Positions 25,475 through 32,000 of a DNA stretch of 32,000 nucleotides are shown piece by piece. Within the stretch, counting starts at the first letter, position 1; each line of letters begins with the position of its first letter. The notes beneath the pieces are model-generated. The model did no database searches, had not been told where the DNA came from, and worked only from the letters and a program-made list of their open reading frames with translations. A program made the position numbers and the translations under genes. This DNA is from Alkanindiges illinoisensis DSM 15370 (lineage in GTDB: Bacteria; Pseudomonadota; Gammaproteobacteria; Pseudomonadales; Moraxellaceae), in contig NZ_JHUX01000009.1 of assembly GCF_000619845.1 (NCBI RefSeq), positions 60,001 through 92,000 of the forward strand, written 5' to 3'.

Positions 25475-28400
25475 ATGATTGCCCGTATTATTCGTTTTTC
25501 AATTGCGAATCGTGTATTTGTCCTGTTAGCCGCTTTAATTCTGGCTGCTTGGGGAACTTGGGCCGTAAAGAATACTCCGGTCGATGCATTACCAGATTTG
25601 TCTGATGTACAAGTAATTATTCGAACTAATTTTTCTGGTCAGGCGCCACAAATTGTTGAAAATCAGGTGACCTACCCTTTAACAACAACCATGTTATCGG
25701 TACCTGGTGTTAAAACTGTTCGCGGTTATTCTTTTTTTGGTGACTCATTTGTTTATGTCATCTTTGATGAGCATACGGACCTTTACTGGGCCCGTTCTCG
25801 TGTATTGGAGTATCTAAATCAAATTCAAGGGAAAATGCCTGCAAATGCGAAATCTTCATTGGGACCAGATGCCACTGGCGTTGGTTGGGTTTATGAATAT
25901 GCATTGGTAGACCCAACAGGACAGCATGATCTTTCGGAGCTGAGAAGCATACAAGACTGGTTTTTAAAATATGAACTGAAGACATTACCTAATGTGGCTG
26001 AAGTTGCCACAATTGGGGGAATGGTTAAGCAATATCAGGTCATCTTAGACCCAAGCAAGATGGCTGCTTTAGGTGTCACACAAAACAATGTCATTGAGGC
26101 GATTCAAAAGGCTAATCAGGAAACTGGTGGTTCAGTTCTAGAAATGGCTGAAACGGAATATATGGTGCGAGCTTCTGGTTATTTAAAAACTTTAGATGAT
26201 TTTCGCCAGATTCCACTACGAACAAATAGTTTCGGTGTTCCTGTTTCTTTAGGTGATGTTGCAACTATTCAACTTGGTCCAGAAATGCGTCGTGGCATCA
26301 GTGAATTGAATGGGCAAGGTGAAACGGTTGGGGGTGTCGTGATTTTACGAGCAGGTAAAAATGCACGTGAAACGATTACTGCTGTGAAAGCGAAGCTAGC
26401 TGAATTACAACAAAGTCTACCGAAAGGTGTACAAGTTGTTCCTGTATATGATCGCAGTCAATTGATTGATAGAGCAGTAGAAAATCTCAGCCATAAATTA
26501 ATTGAAGAGTTCATTGTGGTGGCTTTAGTCTGTGGACTATTCCTCTGGCATTTACGTTCAGCAATGGTGGCTATTGTTTCTTTGCCGCTTGGGATTTTAT
26601 CTGCTTTCTTGGTGATGCATTATCAAGGGCTAAATGCCAATATCATGTCGTTGGGTGGTATTGCTATCGCGATTGGCGCTATGGTTGATGCTGCAATTGT
26701 AATGGTTGAAAATGCACATAAGCATATCGAAACTTGGCAACACGAACATCCTGAGCAAGTCTTGGAAGCACAAGTCCGTTGGAACATCATTACACGTTCT
26801 GCCAGTGAGGTCGGGCCAACTTTATTTTTCTGTCTACTCATCATTACCTTATCCTTCATTCCTATTTTTACTTTACAGGCACAAGAAGGTCGCTTGTTCT
26901 CACCACTGGCATTTACTAAAACCTATGCAATGGCAGCAGCAGCAGGTTTATCTATTACCTTGATTCCCGTTTTAATGGGTTATTGGATTCGAGGGAAATT
27001 ACCTTCTGAACAGCGTAATCCACTGAACCGTTTTCTGATCAAAATATACAGCCCTATGTTGGATAAGGTTTTAGCTCATCCAAAGACAATTTTACTTGGT
27101 GCATTGCTAATTTTCCTTATTAGTCTTTTCCCTTTAACACGGTTAGGTGGGGAGTTTCTACCCAATATGGATGAAGGTGATTTACTGTATATGCCTTCAG
27201 CTTTACCGGGATTGTCCGCAGCAAAAGCTTCTGAGCTACTCCAACAGACTGATCGAATGATTAAAACCGTTCCTGAAGTTGCAACAGTATTCGGTAAAGC
27301 TGGTCGCGCTGAGTCAGCCACAGATTCTGCACCATTAGAAATGTTTGAAACCACGATTCAGTTCAAACCACGGTCTGAATGGCGTTCAGGTATGACACCT
27401 GACAAATTGATAAAAGAACTAGATAAGGCAGTCCAAGTACCGGGTTTAACAAACATTTGGGTGCCACCTATCCGTAACCGGATTGATATGTTGGCAACTG
27501 GGGTGAAAAGTCCAATCGGGATTAAGATTTCAGCAAATGATCTGCAAGATATTGATCGGGTAGCACAGCAAATTGAACAAGTGGCTAAACAGGTGCCCGG
27601 TGTTAGTTCAGCTTTAGCTGAACGGCTCACAGGTGGTCGATATGTTGATGTCGATATTAACCGTATGCAGGCTGCGCGATATGGTCTCAATATTAAAGAT
27701 GTACAGCAAATCGTCTCATCAGCGATTGGCGGGGAAAATATTGGTGAAACTGTTGAAGGCTTGGCACGGTATCCCATTAATGTACGTTACCCACGAGAGA
27801 TTCGAGATTCACTGGAAGCCTTAAGAAATTTACCGATTCTAACAGAATCTGGTCAACAAATAGTCTTGAGTAGTGTTGCTAATATTCAAATTACAGATGG
27901 GCCGCCAATGCTTAAAAGTGAGAATGCCCGTCCAAGTGGTTGGGTCTATGTCGATGTACAAGGACGTGACTTAGCTTCGGTTGTACAAGATTTGAAGCAG
28001 GCCATAGACCAAAAAGTAAAACGTTCTTCTGCCATGAGCATTAGCTATTCAGGACAGTTTGAGTTCATGGAGCGTGCGAATGCTCGCTTAAAAGTTGTTA
28101 TTCCAATTACTTTGATGATCATTTTTCTATTGCTCTATTTGATTTTTAGGCAAGTACAAGATGCTGTTCTGATTATGGCAACACTACCTTTTGCGTTGAT
28201 TGGTGGTATTTGGGCTATGTACTTGAGTGATTATCACTTTTCGGTTGCGATTGCTGTTGGTTTTATTGCACTTGCTGGTGTTGCCGCAGAGTTTGGTGTA
28301 GTCATGTTGTTCTATTTAAAGCAAGCAATTGAGCATGCACAGCAAAGCCTATCTTCTTCAACGGCATCCTTAACAGAGCAACAACTCAATGAGGCAATTC

Positions 28401-28621
28401 ATACAGGGGCCGTGCTACGTGTTCGCCCTAAAGCAATGACAGTCGCTGTCATTTTGGCGGGGTTAATCCCTATTCTGTTGGGGACTGGAACAGGTTCTGA
28501 ATTAATGAGTCGTATTGCTTTACCTATGGTTGGGGGCATGATTTCAGCCCCTCTCTTATCTATGTTTGTTATCCCTGCGGCATATCAGCTTTTAATCAAA
28601 AGAAAACTATCAAAGAATTGA
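25475..28621 (+). CDS. cusA: RND heavy-metal efflux pump CusA
   Basis: 1048 aa with a typical HME-RND N-terminus ([17 protein letters not shown]...) and a 12-TM architecture. Confidence 0.9.
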   Translation: MIARIIRFSIANRVFVLLAALILAAWGTWAVKNTPVDALPDLSDVQVIIRTNFSGQAPQIVENQVTYPLTTTMLSVPGVKTVRGYSFFGDSFVYVIFDEHTDLYWARSRVLEYLNQIQGKMPANAKSSLGPDATGVGWVYEYALVDPTGQHDLSELRSIQDWFLKYELKTLPNVAEVATIGGMVKQYQVILDPSKMAALGVTQNNVIEAIQKANQETGGSVLEMAETEYMVRASGYLKTLDDFRQIPLRTNSFGVPVSLGDVATIQLGPEMRRGISELNGQGETVGGVVILRAGKNARETITAVKAKLAELQQSLPKGVQVVPVYDRSQLIDRAVENLSHKLIEEFIVVALVCGLFLWHLRSAMVAIVSLPLGILSAFLVMHYQGLNANIMSLGGIAIAIGAMVDAAIVMVENAHKHIETWQHEHPEQVLEAQVRWNIITRSASEVGPTLFFCLLIITLSFIPIFTLQAQEGRLFSPLAFTKTYAMAAAAGLSITLIPVLMGYWIRGKLPSEQRNPLNRFLIKIYSPMLDKVLAHPKTILLGALLIFLISLFPLTRLGGEFLPNMDEGDLLYMPSALPGLSAAKASELLQQTDRMIKTVPEVATVFGKAGRAESATDSAPLEMFETTIQFKPRSEWRSGMTPDKLIKELDKAVQVPGLTNIWVPPIRNRIDMLATGVKSPIGIKISANDLQDIDRVAQQIEQVAKQVPGVSSALAERLTGGRYVDVDINRMQAARYGLNIKDVQQIVSSAIGGENIGETVEGLARYPINVRYPREIRDSLEALRNLPILTESGQQIVLSSVANIQITDGPPMLKSENARPSGWVYVDVQGRDLASVVQDLKQAIDQKVKRSSAMSISYSGQFEFMERANARLKVVIPITLMIIFLLLYLIFRQVQDAVLIMATLPFALIGGIWAMYLSDYHFSVAIAVGFIALAGVAAEFGVVMLFYLKQAIEHAQQSLSSSTASLTEQQLNEAIHTGAVLRVRPKAMTVAVILAGLIPILLGTGTGSELMSRIALPMVGGMISAPLLSMFVIPAAYQLLIKRKLSKN

Positions 28622-28654
28622 TAGTTTTATTATTTCGTCAAAAGAGGTTTTATT

Positions 28655-29020
28655 ATGTTGAAATTTATGAAAACTGTGGCTCTTGTTGCAACCGTTGCTG
28701 CGTTAAGTGCATGTAGCAAAAATGAGGCATCAGAGCAAAAGAAAGCGGAAGCACCGATGGAGCAGATGAGTAAAGAGTCATCTACAGTTGCAACAGCTCA
28801 AGCTGTTGGTGTGATTACTGCTATTGATACGAAAGAAAATATTCTAACACTCGACCATGAAGCAATTCCTGCAATTAAATGGCCAGCAATGACTATGGGC
28901 TTTAAAGTCGCCAACCCGGCTTTATTAAGTGGTTTAACCGTAGGAGACAAAGTTGATTTTGAATTAAAAGCAGAAGGAGAAAATTATATAGTCATCGCTG
29001 TGAAGGCTAAAAGCTCATAA
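28655..29020 (+). CDS. cusF: Periplasmic copper chaperone CusF (lipoprotein-type signal)
   Basis: 121 aa with an LSAC lipobox. GVITAIDTKENILTLDHEAIPAIKWPAMTMGFKV...GDKVDFEL matches the CusF H/W/M/M site. Confidence 0.85.
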   Translation: MLKFMKTVALVATVAALSACSKNEASEQKKAEAPMEQMSKESSTVATAQAVGVITAIDTKENILTLDHEAIPAIKWPAMTMGFKVANPALLSGLTVGDKVDFELKAEGENYIVIAVKAKSS

Positions 29021-29101
29021 TTACGTCACTATCTTATGTCTAGAATAGGCTATTGCCTAGTTATTGTTGGTTAAATAGACATAGCGTGAAAGCCCTAAGT
29101 G

Positions 29102-29143
29102 ATATGTTAAATAACCTTATTCTTATAAAGTTATTTAACATAT
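29102..29143 (+). terminator. AT-rich long hairpin after cusF (probable terminator)
   Basis: ATATGTTAAATAAC (29102-29115) pairs perfectly with GTTATTTAACATAT (29130-29143). Four extra inner pairs are possible, and TTTTT follows the stem. Confidence 0.45.
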
Positions 29144-29304
29144 TTTTAGAAAACAAAACTCGCTGTTACCATGCGAGCACTGAGTAAGTCTTACAACGGG
29201 ACTAATGACTTTATATGTTTATGCATTTGGCATGAGTAGGGCTATACACCAAATTAGCCAAATGTAATTATAGTACCTCTGGGATCAAAGCTGTTCCACA
29301 CCTT

Positions 29305-29332
29305 ATTTAACATAATTAGTGTTATACGACAT
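29305..29332 (-). other. pdif / XerC-XerD recombination site
   Basis: The reverse complement reads ATGTCGTATAA-CACTAA-TTATGTTAAAT. The XerD arm is identical to the Acinetobacter dif/pdif consensus TTATGTTAAAT. The XerC arm matches ATTTCGTATAA at 10/11 positions, and the spacer is 6 bp. Confidence 0.75.
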
Positions 29333-29337
29333 TAAAT

Positions 29338-30819
29338 TGTAACTCCAAAATAGAAATGTCCGGTTTCTCCAAAGTAAAAATGTCCGCTTTTAGAATATGC
29401 ACTTTTGCAATTTCCTTAGCGGACGGTTTGATATGTTGGTGTCTATGTCGGATAAAGAACTTAAACGATTGTCGGTCTTGCAGGAAATCTGCGATCAACG
29501 CATAACTCAATCCCAGGCTGCTCAGCTACTTCATATTTCAGAACGTCAGATCAGACGCTTACTGCAGAAATACAAAGCCCAAGGTCCAGCTGCATTAGCC
29601 CATGCCGGTCGTGGCCAAATCAGCAATTCTAAACTTCCTGAAGAACTCAGACTCAAGTGCCTCAATATTGTTTCTGACCAACTCCATGGTTTCGGACCCA
29701 CTTTAGCGCATGAAAAGCTCACCACCGTACATGGATTCGATCTTTCAGTAGAAACCCTGCGTTCTTGGATGATTGCAGCTGATTTATGGATTCCTCGCGC
29801 CAAGCGTCTGAAACGCCCGTATCAGCCTCGTTACAACCGGGACTGTTATGGTGAACTGATCCAAATTGATGGCTCACACCATGACTGGTTTGAAGGACGC
29901 GCTGCTAAATGCTGTCTGCTGGTGTTTATCGATGATGCTACAGGAAAATTGCAGCATTTACGCTTCTGTGAGTCAGAATCAACCTTTGACTATATGATTT
30001 CAACACGTTTATATGTCGAACAGCACGGTAAGCCTTTAGCGTTTTACAGCGACAAACATTCAGTCTTTAGAGTGAATCAAAGCAGCAAGAAAGACACCAA
30101 GATTACCCAGGTTGGACGTGTACTCAGCACCCTGAATATCGATATCATCTTCGCTAATTCACCGCAGGCCAAAGGCCGTGTGGAACGGGCCAACAGAACC
30201 CTTCAGGACCGTCTGATCAAGGAGATGCGCCTGAAAGGCATCTGTTCGATTGAGCAAGCTAATGTCTGGCTACCCTGCTTCATTGAGCAGTTCAATCAGA
30301 AGTTCGCCAAGATGGCTTTTAATCCTAAGAATCTACATCGGACTGTCACTGAAACAGCCGAAGAATTAGATGATATTTTTACCTGGCGTGAACCTCGCAG
30401 AGTCACGAATAGCCTGACGATTACTTATGATAAATGCGTCTATCTGCTGGAAAATACAGAAGAAAACCAGAGTCTCATGGGTAAATACATTGAATTTCTA
30501 GAATACCCAGACGGTACGGTCGCCATTGAATATCAGGGAAGAAAAATCAATTACAGCATCTTCGATAAATTAAGTCAGCTGAACCAGCGAGAGATTGTTG
30601 AGAATAAACGTTTGAGTTCAGTCTTGGCCCATATCCAGCAACAGCATGAAGAACTGGAACAGCAAAACAAACGAAGTCGTTCTCAATCTATGCCACGTAG
30701 ACGAGCACAGAAAACAGCAATTCAACAACGAAATCTGAATCCTGTGCTTGACTTGGAAATGTCTGTATAGGACATTTCTATTTGGTTATTAGGTAGGACA
30801 TTTCTACTTGGGAATAACA
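29338..30819 (+). mobile_element. IS1202/ISNCY-family insertion sequence (~1.48 kb)
   Basis: Terminal inverted repeats TGTAACTCCAAAATAGAAATGTCC (29338-29361) and GGACATTTCTACTTGGGAATAACA (30796-30819) match at 20/24 positions. Each end has a second internal copy of the AGAAATGTCC-type motif. A single rve-type transposase gene lies inside. Confidence 0.7.
29433..30770 (+). CDS. ISNCY (IS1202-group) DDE transposase
   Basis: N-terminal HTH region KELKRLSVLQEICDQRITQSQAAQLLHISERQIRRLL. DDE candidates are IQIDGSHHDW, AFYSDKHSVF and KGRVERANRTLQDR. The start is uncertain (29397, 29433 or 29445). Confidence 0.8.
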   Translation: MLVSMSDKELKRLSVLQEICDQRITQSQAAQLLHISERQIRRLLQKYKAQGPAALAHAGRGQISNSKLPEELRLKCLNIVSDQLHGFGPTLAHEKLTTVHGFDLSVETLRSWMIAADLWIPRAKRLKRPYQPRYNRDCYGELIQIDGSHHDWFEGRAAKCCLLVFIDDATGKLQHLRFCESESTFDYMISTRLYVEQHGKPLAFYSDKHSVFRVNQSSKKDTKITQVGRVLSTLNIDIIFANSPQAKGRVERANRTLQDRLIKEMRLKGICSIEQANVWLPCFIEQFNQKFAKMAFNPKNLHRTVTETAEELDDIFTWREPRRVTNSLTITYDKCVYLLENTEENQSLMGKYIEFLEYPDGTVAIEYQGRKINYSIFDKLSQLNQREIVENKRLSSVLAHIQQQHEELEQQNKRSRSQSMPRRRAQKTAIQQRNLNPVLDLEMSV

Positions 30820-30904
30820 GCCGGCTTAGGCTAAGTTGGGTCTTATGGTAAATCAAAGAGCCTGCCTGAGAAACCTGGGCAGGTTTGGATTGAGATCAAA
30901 AAAA

Positions 30905-31900
30905 TTAACCCGTCAGCTTCCATGCTTGCCAGATCTGATCAATTTTTGCCAGCTGTCTGGCTTTTTCGGCATCACTTAGCCAGGAGGCAATAAAACTATT
31001 TCTGGCCAGTTGCACGATATCCTGATCAGACAGGTTGAGCGCCGTGGTGCAGGCTTTAAAGTTGTCATTCACATAACCGCCAAAGTAGGCCGGATCATCC
31101 GAGTTAATCATGACCATTAAGCCCATATCCAGCATCTGCTTTAAGGGATGTTGCTTTAGGGAAGGGAAAACTTTCAGGCGGATATTTGACAGTGGGCATA
31201 CCGTCAGGGGTGTCTGGTCAGCCACCAGTTGCTTGAGCAGCTGATCATTTTCAAGGCTGCGCACGCCATGATCAATGCGCTTTACCTTCAACAGATGCAG
31301 CGCATCCAGCACATATTCAGCAGGGCCTTCTTCCCCGGCATGTGCCACACAGGGCAGGTTTAATGCCTGGCAACGCTTAAACAACTGTTCGAACTTGGCC
31401 GGTGGATGGCCCTTTTCACTGGAATCCAGCCCGAAGCCATCTATGCCATGCAGAAAAGGCAAAGCCTGTTCGAGAATCTCAAAACCTTCCTGCTCAGTCA
31501 AATGCCTTAAAAAGCTCATAATCAGTCTGGATGACAGGCCCCATTGTGCCTGTGCCTCATCTAATGCCTGGCGAATGCCCTGATACACGGTGGCAAACGG
31601 TACACCCCGCAAGGTATGGGTTTGCGGATCAAAAAAGATTTCCGTGTGGACGACGTGATTACTATGGACTTTTTGCAGATAAGCCCAGGTCAGGTCATAA
31701 AAATCCTGCTCGGTCAGCAACACGGCTGCACCAGCGTAATACAGGTCTAAAAAAGATTGCAGGTTATGAAAATCATAGGCGGCGCGTAACTCGTCAATAC
31801 TGGCATAAGGCAAATTGACATGATTGCGCTGGGCCAGTGCAAACATCAGTTCTGGTTCAAGCGTGCCTTCAATATGCAGATGCAGTTCGGTTTTGGGCAA
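30905..31900 (-). CDS. add: Adenosine/adenine deaminase family protein
   Basis: [20 protein letters not shown], ...VAHAGEEGP... and ...[12 protein letters not shown] are the metal and catalytic motifs of the family. The start appears to be TTG at 31900. Confidence 0.85.
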   Translation of the reverse strand: MPKTELHLHIEGTLEPELMFALAQRNHVNLPYASIDELRAAYDFHNLQSFLDLYYAGAAVLLTEQDFYDLTWAYLQKVHSNHVVHTEIFFDPQTHTLRGVPFATVYQGIRQALDEAQAQWGLSSRLIMSFLRHLTEQEGFEILEQALPFLHGIDGFGLDSSEKGHPPAKFEQLFKRCQALNLPCVAHAGEEGPAEYVLDALHLLKVKRIDHGVRSLENDQLLKQLVADQTPLTVCPLSNIRLKVFPSLKQHPLKQMLDMGLMVMINSDDPAYFGGYVNDNFKACTTALNLSDQDIVQLARNSFIASWLSDAEKARQLAKIDQIWQAWKLTG

Positions 31901-32000
31901 TTGTTCAATTAGTTGTTATAGCCTGTCCTGAGTATTACTGCATTGCATGGTCATGATGCACCTATCTTAAGTATTTGGCTTGATTATTTGGCTTGAACAT

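Noticed and set aside
31886-31949. The adenosine deaminase ORF starts at TTG. An in-frame TAA lies 5 codons upstream, preceded by ATGACCATGCAATGC..., which hints at an N-terminally disrupted gene.
   Set aside because: All catalytic motifs are intact from [12 protein letters not shown] onward and a TTG start is plausible. A pseudogene cannot be called without comparison to orthologues.

Overview
This window looks like an Acinetobacter-type plasmid or accessory region. That origin is an inference from one XerC/XerD pdif-like site, an IS1202/ISNCY-type IS abutting it, a long UmuDAb-like UmuD and Rep_3-like genes; no database search was possible. The layout has four parts. (1) 0.3-8.0 kb is a poorly characterised accessory block. 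It holds a HEPN/Abi_2 abortive-infection gene whose start codon overlaps a consensus outward-facing promoter feeding a short terminated RNA, and a 3-gene operon of unknown function whose last gene carries a PD-(D/E)xK-like motif. It also holds two divergent Rep_3-like winged-helix genes without visible iterons, a 199-bp nested inverted-repeat element, and a CoiA-like Zn-ribbon nuclease facing a Cys/His plus coiled-coil gene pair. (2) 8.1-10.1 kb is umuDC, with an unusually long UmuD. (3) 10.3-29.0 kb is a composite copper-resistance island: a truncated OMF remnant, a His-rich membrane protein, copC-copD-small ORF-DUF4396::two-domain multicopper oxidase (- strand), a Csp3/YhjQ-like Cys-rich protein, copRS, and a Met/His-rich small protein-copA-copB-orf-cusCBAF (+ strand). 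Three copies of a CopR/CusR-type box are present. (4) 29.3-32.0 kb is the pdif site, the IS, and an adenosine/adenine deaminase gene. No rRNA, tRNA or CRISPR array was seen. The best candidates for an undescribed system are the Abi-adjacent promoter/RNA plus 3-gene operon (979-3854) and the CoiA-like nuclease module (5178-8010). All family assignments come from motif recognition by eye, not from searches.
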